DNA of 64,000 nucleotides from Paragordius varius. Lineage: Eukaryota; Animalia; Nematomorpha. The stretch spans positions 11,656,001 to 11,720,000 of the forward strand of contig OZ176053.1 in the NCBI GenBank assembly GCA_964247055.1, read 5' to 3'. Made by a program: the position numbers and the translations under genes. The notes beneath the pieces were generated by a model. That model saw only the letters and a list, made by a program, of their open reading frames with translations, searched no databases and had not been told where the DNA came from. Below are positions 1 to 12,718 of this stretch, one piece after another (positions within the stretch are counted from its first letter, which is position 1; every line of letters starts with the position of its first letter).

Positions 1-949
1 ACGATTTTTTAAATATTATTTTATCTTATACCAGTAGCATTATCTAAAATAGTTAAGATATTAAAAAATAAATATGAGCAATTTGCTTTTTGAAACTTTT
101 TTTTGATCAAGATAAAACTATGTGTTAGAAAGATTTTACTTGTTTGGTCGTATGTAAAAAATTTGTCTAACCTGAAAGAGGGGTGGACAAGCGTGCCGCA
201 TAACATATGGGTAAAAATAATATTTTATTGAACATCACACATAAGATTACAAAAAAGTTCTTATTTTTTGCTAGTTGGTTGCCAGAATCTGGGGCTTATT
301 CAAAATAATTTTGTTCAAAAAATATACACTTTATCAATTTTATATTTTTCCAATATGGGCAGGACTATCTTAAAAGCCAATTGCTGCCCTGCTTTCTATT
401 ATCCTTATTTATAAAAAACGATGATGGAAATAGATTAAATTCATTAACAAAACACAATCATAATGTTATATAAGTACAATAAAAAAACTGATTTTTATTT
501 AAACAAAAGCTCTTTATTAAAAATCTACGATTAGTTTAGGGTTGCTCTCCTATCCCAAACCAACCCCTTATCTTTCAAATAGTATCGGCTTTTAAAGGTG
601 ATACGCCTTAAGCATATAGATACTATCTCCCTTATCAAATGTACCTACACTTTGTAACGGATCTGGGTCGCATATTATTCTATTTGGGCATTTTTTTATT
701 CCAAATGCTGAAACTTATTTAAATGCTGCCATAAAATTTGTTTTCAATATTATTGTGCTGATGTGAAAACGAACTTTGAATTAAACTGACAATCTAAATT
801 CATTAAGATTTTCACAACTACTTTGTGTAATTTACACGAACATTAACTTTTTAATAATTTTAATTATAAATAAATTAGAAAACATTTATTTTAACTGAGC
901 CAATTTTTTAATGGCCAATCATGTGTTTGTGCGTAATGGGCTCTCAACC

Positions 950-2175
950 AATCTCCAAACTAATAATGAAATGTACACAAAAAAATAACCTTCGATATAT
1001 ATTTTATAGTAGGAAAACGTACCAGGAATATGAAGGGCTTTTGGTTTTGGCCCTTTAGAATGTAAAGAAAGTAATTTTAAGTGCTTCATTAAAAAAATAG
1101 CGGTGCGCTCATTTTTATCAAAAAACTTTTGGTGAAAGCTAAATGCTTCGCTGAATAAATATTTTTAAATCTAAACTACATAAAAAACAATATTTTGTAA
1201 ATTAAATTTTTAGATGGGGGCTTCGAAACCAAATTTTTTTTTAAAATGAACTGGCTTTTTTAAAATAAAAGCAGAAATTCCGGGATGGCGCGATAAAAAT
1301 TTTAAATATATGCTGATTTGGATATCAAATAAAAATGTTTTTTGGAGATATGCATACTTTTTTAAAAATTAAATTTTTACCCTATTGAAGCATATTTCAT
1401 ACTATTCTGAGTCATGATAAATACGGTTTAAAATGCTTTTAGATGTCACAAAAACAATTTTACTATATGTTGGATGATGCAATTTCTACACCTCGGAATT
1501 TTGATTACAATATTCGTTCGTCTTTATTTATGTCAAAACAATATTGTAGTTTTTTACAAAAATTCACCAAAGTTTTCAAGCCGAGAAACTTTTAAAATTG
1601 GGAAGCGATAGAAATGTTCAGCATCCTCGATACATCGAAAAGTTTTTATAATTTATTAAAGCCATATTAAAGGGTATCCATTATGACTCAAAATAGTAGT
1701 TTCACTAAAATTTTGATAAAAATTAAATTTTTAAAAATGTGTGCATTAAAAATACTTTTATTTGATTTCAAAATTTAGCATATATTTAAATTTTTTATCG
1801 CGCACCGGCATTTGCGTTTCTTTTAAGAGGACTGCCCATTTTAGAAGAGCAAAAATTTTCTTGACTTTAAAAGACATCATCTAAATATTTATTTTTTTGA
1901 AAATATTGTTTTGCTTTGTATTTCTAGTTTATAATAAATTTTAGTGATGTTTTTTGGATTGAAGTATTTAGCTTTGGCCAAAAAATTTATTCAAAAAATT
2001 TGAAATTTTGCCATTTTCTGATATGGAACACTTAACACAAATTGCGAGAAACTTTCTTAAATAACTCTTAAGCACCAAAAGCTAAAGCACCATGATATTC
2101 CTGATATAATTACTTATCAGAATATATATTTCATCAAATTATTTTTTATACCCCCCGATTTTGGAAGCAGTGTAT
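950..2175. mobile_element. Old foldback / long-TIR non-autonomous DNA transposon (~450-bp diverged arms)
   Basis: ~975-1420 is the diverged reverse complement of ~1680-2150 (e.g. actattctgagtcatga vs ttatgactcaaaatagt; ggcgcgataaaaa vs tttttatcgcgc; ccaggaatatgaag vs catgatattcctga). Right end reads ...cagtg|ta (Tc1-like). No ORF; left terminus blurred. Confidence 0.6.
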
Positions 2176-3116
2176 AGATTAAGCTTCAAAAGTATTGGAA
2201 CTTTAAAAATAGAAATGTAACGGTTTTTAACTGCACTAATAAGATACTAAAATTTATATTAAATATGGAGCACTTGGTTTAAGGAAATAAAACTAGGTGT
2301 TAATTGCTCCATAAGAAAAACACACAAAATTAGAGTACATTATGATAAATAAAGTTTTTATGCTGAAAAGTCTGATGCCTCCTCTCAAAAATGAATAATT
2401 AACTGCTAAAAAGCAAATTAAATGTTGATTTTTAGATGCATGCTCCATGATATTTTTATGGTCGTTGAGGTATTTGACATCGTTAACGGAATAATTATTT
2501 TTTTCTAAAAAATTTAATGATAAATGTATATCAACTCATATTTTGATTAATGGGTATGTATATCGCTTTATTAAAAAATTGACGAACAACACAATATTAT
2601 AACCTGAATTTAAAGACGTTAAGAGTGATGTTCAGCCTCATCGATAATTAAAAATGTTTTTAATTATCTAAAACTGTTTTTATAACGCGAGGCTTCAAAA
2701 TATCATTGTTTAATTTTTTTATGTAATTTTTAAAATGCACTAAAAATTGTTATCGCGCAATCTCGACAGGTTTATTTAGCACAATTTCATTTTAGAGATC
2801 CAAAAATTTGACTGTAAATTAGCAATTAATTTAGGCAAAGCTTTGGTATAAAATTGAGATAAAATATATTTATTAATTAAATTTCTGGAATTCATCCTGT
2901 ATAAAAGATATTTGATAATGGCAGGCGCAAAAGAATAAATGACGCGTAAGGCTTAAATTCAGCACCATAAATATCCTAATATCTATAAAAATATTTATTT
3001 AAAATAATTTACCCCCAATTTTTCGCAATGCGCAACATCAATGTTTTGATTATTTCCAACGTATTAACTTATATTTTGATTTTAAATGTATTTAATGAAA
3101 TATTTGAAATAAATAG

Positions 3117-6100
3117 ATAACATGAAATTGGGAATTGTAAGTCCACTAAATCACATAACAGCTAATGTCGGAGAACGCATCTATTTAACGGTTACACTCA
3201 ATAAAACCCAAAAATGCTTGAATGCCTGGAGGAAAAATATGGAATTGATAGAATACGATTCACGAATTAATTTTCAACAAAACGGAAAAATACACCAACT
3301 AATTTTGGATAATGTAAAAAAATCGGATGAAGGAATATATTCTTTTCATTGTGAGGATCAAATGACTGGCACTACCGTTTATATAAAAGGTAAAATGCCT
3401 ATATGGATATTTTCAGTCCCTTAGCTTTCTTGTGAAAATGATGTATTATTCTACTTTTAATAAATTATATTTTAATAATAAGCTTCTAAGTTAAATGTAA
3501 ATCGAGTTGAGGCAAAAAGCTGATAAATAGATTAATTATTAACACAATCAGCATATAAATAAGCAAAATTATTTACCATTATAATTTAATTTGCCATCCG
3601 ATAGGAACATAAAATATTGAAAAAAATGCGGATAAAAGGCGAAGATTTCTCATAACTTTACATTAAATTTTAAAAATTACACAAAATATAAATTATGGTG
3701 CTCATATTATGGATATTTTTATTTTATTTACATTTTAACTGGTAGCAAAACAAATGTTTAAAAGCTTAATTTAAAAATAAATATAAGTAATTTACTTAAA
3801 ACAGCGCCTCCTGTTCCTCCAAGTAACATGAAAATATCAGTTCACGCGGTAAATACGCTAAAATTGGAATGGGATGCCCCTCCGGAAAATAATAAGCCGG
3901 ATTATTACATGGTTAATTGGACGGGAAATTCGAATTCTTTATACACTTATGTTGATGGACACAAAACAACTTTTTTGCTCAATCACATGAGGCCTGGTAC
4001 CAAATTAGAGATCAAATTGACAGCTAGCAATTCTCTTGGATCGAAAACATCCAAATTATCATACACCACTCCAAAAGGTATGGGCTTTAATATTTTCATT
4101 GATTTTTTAATAATTTATTTAATCCAAAAACATCAGTTTTAAATCGTGCATATGCCACAATAATGTTTATTAAAAGCACAAATTAAGCATATATAGAAAA
4201 GCAGTTTATTTCGCCTCTAAAATGCCCCATAAACGAATTTAAACTGTTATTCATATCAAATTTTTGCATTTTGGACGCCTTTATACTCGTAGATATACTA
4301 AACTAATAATTTGTCCTATATGCAATGTTTCATTTTGATTCCTAATTATTTTTTTATCGGAACTTCCAATGCCGACTAAAAATCAGTTTTTTTTTCTATT
4401 TTTCTTATCTGAACTAAAACTCATGTTTTCTCCAGGATCGTGCAGGCTAAAAATATTAGATAGCAAAACTATATAATTTACACATAATGTATTTTGGACA
4501 TTGTGTATACCATATTTTATTATTAATATAGGGCCTTCAAAGCCAAAACTTTCCTTTGACGAATATTGTAATGTGGCATGGGATCCACCAAGTAACGATG
4601 GAGGAGCTCCGATAAATGAATACGCTATACAATTATCAGAAGATAATGGGAATACATTTATAGATTATAAAACAGTGAGATATACATATAGAAAAATTGC
4701 GTTGGATAAATTAAACTCTGATATACTGGTAAGAGTCAAAGCTATATCTCAATTCGCAATCGGAGAATATGCTACCATAAATAATTGCATTCCTTTAGGT
4801 AATTATTTTACAATTATACACTTTCAGCAAGATTATATCTAGTGAAAAACTTTAAACGATATACACCATATTTTTATATCCTCTCTTTCAAAGTAGAGTA
4901 AACCAGTTATAAATTAAAATAATGTGTTACTTAAATACATTAAAAATTTAATAGTTTGATTTAATTTATTTGGGCATTATAATCATAGGATATTATAAAT
5001 TTCTGTCTGTCACGTATTATATTATAATAAAATTAATCAAAAGAAAACTCTATTATAAAACCAATGGAAAACAAGTTCGCTCTAGCTGGGAGCACGATAG
5101 ATATTACAGTGGAGTTAAAACAGAACTGCCTATCCAAAGTAATATGGATGAAAGACGATAAAATTTTAAAACAAAATGCAAAGATTGAATTTATTCAAAG
5201 AAAAACTCAATACGTGTTAAGACTTAATGGAGTCGAATTAGCTGATAAGGGTTTATATGGCTTCTTTTGTGGGAATCAATATACATCCTCATACCTCAAA
5301 ATATCAAGTAGATTAATTTATTCATTAATTTCTATTAATTTTATATTTATAAATAAATATTTCTTATCCCATTAATCGATTCATGTTACTAAACTACAAG
5401 TGTGTTATAAGGATATAAATATATGGATCATACCAAATATAACTTTAATATATAATTTTTAATTTTTTCGTCCATTTATAGAAAACATAGGATAGGCATT
5501 TTAAATCTGGATGTAGTTATAAATTACTATACTACAAATCAGATAGTTTGTGTAAAGGATGCAAAATTATCATTTTATTAATATATAAAGGTTGCCGATA
5601 ATTAGCATATATTGATAGTTGATAGGTATGGCTAGAAAGATTCCTAATATATCAAATATAAGCTATATACCTGTATATATATAATAGGTGCTCCATCTTC
5701 ACCCCAAAAATTGAGTGCTAAATTAGAGGGAAAGGTATTATTACTTACATGGGAGCAAAATTATCATGATTTTTCGCCTCCAGAAATATATAAAATTCTG
5801 AAGGATGGAAAATTACTGGATTCCATACCAGAACCGAATAACCGTTATAACGTAACTAATCTCGAACCGAACTCTATCTATAAATTTAAAGTAATCGCTG
5901 AAAACAAGCAGGGCGACGATTCCTCAACCATTACTTATGAAACTCCAAAACGTATGATGTGTTTTTATATATATAAAAATATTTTTTATTAATTGCAAAA
6001 CATGTTTTAGTTAATTTATATAATTCGATTTAAAAGTTACAAAACTCGTTATCATTAATTACTGTTTAAGCTTACAATCTTTGATATATTTAAAATCATC

Positions 6101-8276
6101 ATGACTGTTATAATTTACAGGATGAATAAAATTTACCATTTCATGAAATAAGAAATTAGTCAAAACAGGGATAGTATTGTGGTGATGTTAGATATTCAAA
6201 ACCTAATGTTCTAGAGACTGGTCTCATTAATTTGATTTGAATGTTAAAAATTGAAATTAACAACTTTTGAGTAATATATTTTGTTATGAATAGGACCCGG
6301 AAAACCAGAAGATTTTCAATTTAATGAATATTGTTCACTTGAATGGAAAGAACCATTAGAAAATGGAGGATCACCTTTCGTAGGCTACAATATGGAAATA
6401 TCACATGACAAAGGGAAAACATTTGTAAAGGGTTTCACAATCAGATACGGCCAAGATTTATTCGATTTTAAATTTAAGGTAGGAATTATTGCAAGGCTAC
6501 AAACTGTAACTTCCTTTACTGAAAGTGATTTTGTCAACACAAATGAATGCACTCATCACGGTACTTTTGTTAATATATGATTTATTGTTATATTTTGTAT
6601 ATGGTAACTAGAGAATTGTTAACTCTTTCATGCTATTTGGTATCTTTTTATATCTTGGATCTGTTTTTATATGGAAAATTATTTAAGATACTTAGTGAAA
6701 TTTATGCATTTTGCTTTTTAGGCACATGATTTAAAACATTTTGTGAAAAATGTAGTCTAAAAAGCCTTATCAACTATTTCGCCGCATTTTACTTCGGGTA
6801 TTTAAAATTGCACCCAATTCAAAAAATGCATATAATGGTCAAAAAGCGTATTTTGGAAACACTGTAGCAGATGCTCTAAAAGTTAGAAAACTGTAAAAAA
6901 CATAAGCTATTTTAATCATATAAATAATTTTAAACAAAGCAACTTACAAAAAAGTTGTTTTATTTACTCGTTTAACCTGTCAAGTTCTAATCTACCCTTT
7001 AAATAGTTGTAATAATGGCAGAATAGTATCGTGCTTGTTAGCATCAAATAAAACAAAACGATTTGACTTGGGGTTTTAACATATACAAATCGTATATACC
7101 AGGTGAGATCATAAGTTACCGTTTTATTATAAACGATACCAAATTGATTGGCAATCAAATGTTTTTTAAAAATATTCATGGCCTCAATTCTCAGGTAATA
7201 TAGGAATGGTGTGCCAAAAAACTGATTGTCTTTTGCGGCAATCCATTCGTTTATTAGCGTTTCAAAACGAAAGTGTATTTCTGCCGGTGTGTGCCACATT
7301 GATGTTGTAAAGAATAGCAGTAGAGAAAAATATAGGATATGGTGATAATATATGGTTTATATAATGTTGAATATAGATAATAGATGATATAGCATTGTTA
7401 TATGAATAGTAATATAATAATAATTGGATATCAATAAGAGTGTTTGTTTGTCTTAGCAGTAGAATTAAAAGGATATATGTTGTCTTTCTGTTGGTATATG
7501 CTGAACTCTCCGTCTGTCTTAATATAATCCGATGAATGTATTCTACTCTGCATCTTTCTAAAAAGATTTTTATTAAGGTAATGATGGTGCCAGGTCACGA
7601 AAGTTCAGAGGATACGAAAAAATTCCCCTAAGCTGATTTGTAGTTTGTTTTCAAAGTTTTGGAGCGTGAGAACTGAAACGGCGGTCATTCTTAAATCAAT
7701 GGTTCAAATTAGGCATGTGTTGGCGATAGCGTTGTGTAATTACGGTTTCAACGGGTTTAAACCAACATATCATGGTCTCATCAGACACAATGCATTGTTA
7801 TTTTGGCGAATGGATTTGTGACCATGGTGTTGATGGACCGAAGATAAAAACCCCCATTTTCCCGCTTTCAATTTGCAAAATTAAGCCACTCTCATCACCT
7901 GTTACTATTCAATGCGAAATTGATTCTCTTTCGTTAAGGATATCCCAACTTACTTTGGCGAGTTTTGATTCGATATTAATTCAAATTGTGGTATCTATTT
8001 AGTTAGTTTAGTAGTCCATTGCTTAAAGATGTCTGCAAATTTTTTTGTGATATACGGAATGATTTTGACAATTACCGTTAATAAATTGGGACACCAGCCA
8101 ATAACCCTTGCTATTTATAGTCTTCGCAGTTATGTCGTCTGCAAAAGCCCCAGCTCGTTTTTACATTGAATTCAAAAAGCACTACGTGCACAAATATTTT
8201 TCAATTTTAAAACGTAGTTATTGAACATCTTTTGTTTGTCGGTCAATGGCAGATGAATAAAATGGTGGTAAATTAA

Positions 8277-8315
<39 letters not shown>

Positions 8316-11300
8316 AATTTGCCACCAAATTATATTCTCTGTTATCAATTTACTTTTATATATCCTTATATACGAAATAACTAGATATGAATTTTTATTT
8401 TAATATAAAATTGGAAAATAATAATCTTTCGAACGGTAACTTTTAATGATTATTTTTATCAATAATAAATAATGAATAGCGTATTTTTTTTAAAAAAAAT
8501 GCAGTTGCAACTCATGTTCATCTCTCTCGCGATTTACATGTATGGCAAATCTTTTATTAATATTTATCATGCATTATAATCTATTCATTTTGTGCGTCTC
8601 CCCCATATCAACTGTTTAAAATAAATTTTTGTAATTAGCCTGAAAACCATTGTTTGAAAATTGACTTTCTTGGATTCTAAAAGTAACTTACCCTACTAAA
8701 ATTAACGTACTTTGCTATATACCGACTGCATAGGCAAAAGTCATAAAAAGACAATTTAGTTTTGTGAAAATATAGTCAATATAATTTAATTTTATTTTAA
8801 AATAAAAAAGTTGAATTATGCGACTGATGATTTAATCTAAGGGTCTTTAACTATCGTTCTCAACATGGATATGCGGTTCGGAATGCTAATCTAATTATCT
8901 TTCTATACTAAATATATTAAAGGATTTTGTATTATTTGGTAATATACATAATCAGCTTAATATTTTAAAGTATTGGAGAAAAAAAATTATAAAACATAAT
9001 CGAATATATAACAGATAGGGCCGGGATACTCAACCGAATTTCAGGAGCCGAATAATATATTTTTTATCTTGAAAGATATTACCATTTTTGTTTTATTCAT
9101 GTAGTAATATTAATATACTATTTACACAACAATGTCCTTGAACATTTCACGAGTGTCCTTGAAAACTTCAAGTTCTTCAACACTTCAGTTGGTCTTTTGA
9201 CTTTTTGTTTTGTTCTTAACTATTATCAGATACGTATATTATTCATCTATTTTATCAATTCCAACCTATTTTCTTATTTTAACATAAATATCAACTTTTG
9301 ATTGTTTATAAACCGTATATTTTTTTAATATCCTAAAATTATTTTGAATAATAAAGATTTAGCACGTATTTAAAAATCTATAATATCTCTGGGTTATTAT
9401 TTATAATTTATCATAAAAACATTTATAAATTAATAATATTGGTAAATTGAAGAAAAAAATTGATATGAAAAGTGGCTTTTGATTTAAAATTTAATTATTA
9501 AATGAATAAATAAATAATAAATAAATACATGCAAAAATCATGGTTAGATCAAAACTTAAAAATTTTGTACCAACTTGAAATGTTCAAAGACCATCTAATG
9601 TTCAAGCATCATCTTGAAATGTTCAAGGATAAACCTAAAGTCTTGAAGTGCAAATGGTATACTATACATCAGTACACTGATATATTGGCGTTCGCATACA
9701 TTATGCTTCAACTTGGTCAAATAATTTATGATGAATAATCTCATAAAAATACTTTTTTTAAATTAATTAACAATTATTAATTCTAATTTGATGCCTGAGA
9801 CGACCTTGATATCGTCTATATTGGTATTCCAAATTAAAAATAAAACAAAAACAACACTTTTCTTATATTTAATGGCACCTTCTTGTTTGCGATTTCCTTT
9901 GCAAACAAATTCAAAATTGGATTCATTTTTGTAACTCACGAATCACAAGTTACACTTGATATATTCATAGCCATTGATCTTGAAATCTTTGATAACCCTA
10001 AAAAAACCGAAATACCTTTTTATAATGGATTTTTTTTGTAAATAGATAACTACCTAAATAAAAACCGTTTTTTTAAATTATTACAAAATAAAATCAAAAT
10101 CATTTATAATCTATCAGTTATGAGTTAGGGTGATGTTTGCATCTAAAACTCTAAAATAGGCCTGAAATAATATTTTATATGACCCAATGAGTTATATTTA
10201 TAAACGAATTGCCATTATGCTAATAATGTTTTAAACACACCTAATTTTAGCTGATTACCATGAGATCCATAAACCTTTGGAAAATCAAGAAGTTGAGGTA
10301 GGGAAAGATGTTGAATTTAAAGTCATCTTTTCGACAAATGTTACTCGAAAATGTACCTGGAAATATAATAAGACAATAAAACTTCATCCTGATGCCCGAA
10401 TAAAAATTAGTCAAACTCCTACAGAATGCATATTGCAAATTTCAAAAGCTCGTAAATCCGACGAAGGATTATATGAAGTATGGAGAATAAATCATGTATC
10501 GCCTGCTAACTTGACAGTAACAGGTATTTACATTTTAGTTTTATCATATACTTCCATGTATAAATTGGATAAAACTTGGTTTATTATATTATCCTGTAGA
10601 AAATGTTGGATCGGGATCAGGCAAATTCGATATTGGTACATTATTTGATATACATATCTTATTGATTTAGTTTTGACCGGTTGAATCGATAATTTTTTAG
10701 TGTAGTAACATATGAAATCTTTGAAATAAAAAACCTTTTTTCTGCCACCGCCTTCCTTTTCTCACATTATTTTAGGCGGCTCGTTAAATATATATATATA
10801 TATATATTATGTACTTTGTGCTTTAATTAAATTTATCAACTGTTCTTTAATTTCATTGTCAAAAAAATGATATAAACGATTCCTGCTCCAGTAAAGAATA
10901 ATATGTTTTTGGCAATCAATCATTAATCGTAAACAATTATTTTAATTGAAAATCATATTTCATATGTTGTCTTTTTTACATCCAAACGGCCACCAAACCA
11001 TTATTAATATTTTACAAAGATTGTCCATATAGATTCAAAAATCGAAAAATTCGCCTTAAATTTTTTTTTCGCATTTTAGTCACAGTAATATATATTTTAA
11101 TATGCACTCCTGTACATTTATCGTAGTTAAAGTGATGAAATGATAGGTTTTACAAAATATTATTAATGGTTTTCGCGATATTCTTTATTAATCTAATCAT
11201 CAAAAATTATATTAATATGGTAATGTAGTTAAACTACCACAATATATATAGATTGCTAAATATTTTTTAACATTTTACGATATTTTTTATATAATAGATT

Positions 11301-11320
11301 CAGAAGATGGTGACGATTAA
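3117..11320 (+). CDS. 3' part of a twitchin/titin/MyBP-C-like Ig-FN3 protein (Ig-FN3-FN3-Ig-FN3-FN3-Ig + short acidic tail); 5' end not found in window
   Basis: Phase-1 exons with AG/GT ends: 3117-3389 (Ig, W...D.G.Y), 3805-4077 (FN3, PP.PP...LEWDAP), 4532-4798 (FN3, WDPPSNDGGAPI..Y), 5044-5307 (Ig; weak acceptor), 5688-5951 (FN3), 6294-6560 (FN3, WKEPLENGGSPF.GY), 10251-10523 (Ig), 10600-10635 (ENVGSGSGKFDI), 11298-11320 (DSEDGDD-stop). All domain exons are multiples of 3 (264-273 nt). Confidence 0.85.
6995..7098 (-). repeat. Decayed copy of the hammerhead-bearing 444-bp repeat unit (ribozyme core broken)
   Basis: gcagaatagtatcgtgcttgttagca...atttgacttgggggttttaacatatac...cgtatata matches the 39.9-kb unit gcagactagtttcgtgcttgttagca...atttgacttggggttttcacatatcg...cgtatata; the CUGAUGA box is lost and GAAAC reads GAUAC. 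Confidence 0.7.
7099..8150 (-). mobile_element. Decayed Mos1-like mariner, 5'-truncated, in intron 6 of the Ig/FN3 gene
   Basis: Minus-strand translation with stops: IVTGDES (first catalytic D), KPVETV, DLAPS, INEWIAAKDNQFF (cf. Mos1 IVTGDEK, KPGETV, PDLAPS, LDEWFAAKDDEFYW). Terminus ta|ccaggtgagatcataag resembles the Mos1 TIR start CCAGGTGTAC. Confidence 0.8.
9114..9661. mobile_element. MITE with TATAC(C/T)ATTT termini and subterminal cttgaa(c/a)atttcaag repeats
   Basis: Ends tatactatttacac ... gtgcaaatggtata; repeated gtccttgaacatttc / gaaatgttcaag units; an inverted relative lies at ~37380-37905. Confidence 0.6.
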
Positions 11321-11555
11321 TTTTACATCAATACAATTTAATTGGGTGACATAAATGATTAATGATACCAAATAAATATTGCATTACATATTTATTCAGT
11401 TATTCGATAGGTGATGATAATTTGTTATTATGTTCCATGGAAGCGATTTGTTTTTCATTGAATTTTTAATTGTTTTTTTCTTAAAGTTTCAACTTTAATC
11501 AGGTGAGTTTTATTTTGATAGAACTCTAGTTCGACGATAGAATTTATAAAGAATT

Positions 11556-12600
11556 CCAGGGTAGCATAAGATTTACGTGTTATTTATAAAATAAAATCCG
11601 TAATTTTGAAGGATATCAATTAGATATTTTATTCAAAATATTGTCAAACATCCAGACATTTCCATCGCTCGAAAAAATTTCGTGCCAGAAAAACTGATTG
11701 TTTTTTGTGGCAAACCGCAAAAAATTATTGAAAGTTGCTCTGCGCGCTATGACCCATTGATTAGAGGTAATGGTCTGATAGCGTAAAACACTATAGCAGA
11801 GACAGAAGAATTTCTCATTAAAAAATTTAAAAACCTCTTTCGCTGGTTTTGCTCAGTGAAATGAAAGATTGGCATGTAGCGCATGCCATATCTGGCATAT
11901 TCCCGGGTCGTTTTTCGATTAATTTAAATATCATTTGGCAGCGATGTGTGTAAGGTTCCACTATGGTTTCGAATAGACTAACAACCGCTCCGATTCCACT
12001 AGAATCGGTCTTCTTACCAAGGCGATTTGACCATGGGATTGAAACAAGGTGAAAGTCACAAATTTTCTGCTTTGGATTTACAAAATAAACCCTCTTCTCA
12101 ACAATGATTTTCATTAGCGACGTTTAAGCAAGTTTTATGTCTTGCTACTTCCGATTTGACGTTTATTGTAATTGTTGGGACCCATTTACAGAGGTTATAA
12201 TTCCATCTTATTTTTCGAGATGTATACTGATCGATTTTTGTCATACATGCAATTTTTCTGCCGATCGCCGTTGATTTTAAGTTGAATCATTATTCTATAA
12301 TTCTCATCGTCTAAGCAATTTAACTACCAGAGCGCTTCTCTTCCACTGGATCTTTAAAATTTAAAATTTGACTTTCAATACCCTTACACTACGCTTCTAC
12401 TAGTATGATAAATAAAAGAGCAGTAATTAAATCGATTTGGATGTTTTTTTGTTTCACATAAAAAATGGAGTCTGTTTCAGATTTAACTTTGCGTAATTTC
12501 ACAACATCTTTAGTAAACCAGGTATTGACTTGTGACTAATACTGGTTTTTAGAAAAAAAAGAATTTTATCAAAACGACACATTTACAAAACTCCTATAAA
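11556..12600 (-). mobile_element. Decayed Mos1-like mariner
   Basis: ORF 11827-12114 reads EKRVYFVNPKQK...NRLGKKT...IEKRPG (Mos1 EKWIFFVNPKRK...NRFGKKT...RKRPE); C-terminal KNNQFFWH; TIR-like ccagggtagcataag at 11556. 5' boundary approximate. Confidence 0.75.
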
Positions 12601-12718
12601 TTATTTTGGACAAATTAATCATTAAAGCTCCTAACATTCCCACATATAAACCATAGTAATTTGTCAAAACTATTCAAATCATAACCACCTCCCATTTATT
12701 TATATTAATCAGTCAAAA

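Noticed and set aside
7745-7790. CTGATGA-GACC...GGTT on the minus strand, a possible hammerhead
   Set aside because: No GAAA box or stem I; it lies inside mariner coding sequence.
7170-8100. First read as a Penelope RT/GIY-YIG remnant because it adjoins the hammerhead unit
   Set aside because: A single-frame translation gives IVTGDES...DLAPS...EWIAAKDNQFF plus a CCAGGTG TIR, so it is a mariner. No PLE ORF is present in the window.
8278-8311. (AT)n microsatellites (also ~14311, ~46483, ~58065, ~63008), a 27-bp doublet at 36739-36792 and a 14-bp palindrome near 32069
   Set aside because: Expected in very AT-rich DNA; only the 58065/63008 tracts have a functional implication, reported above.
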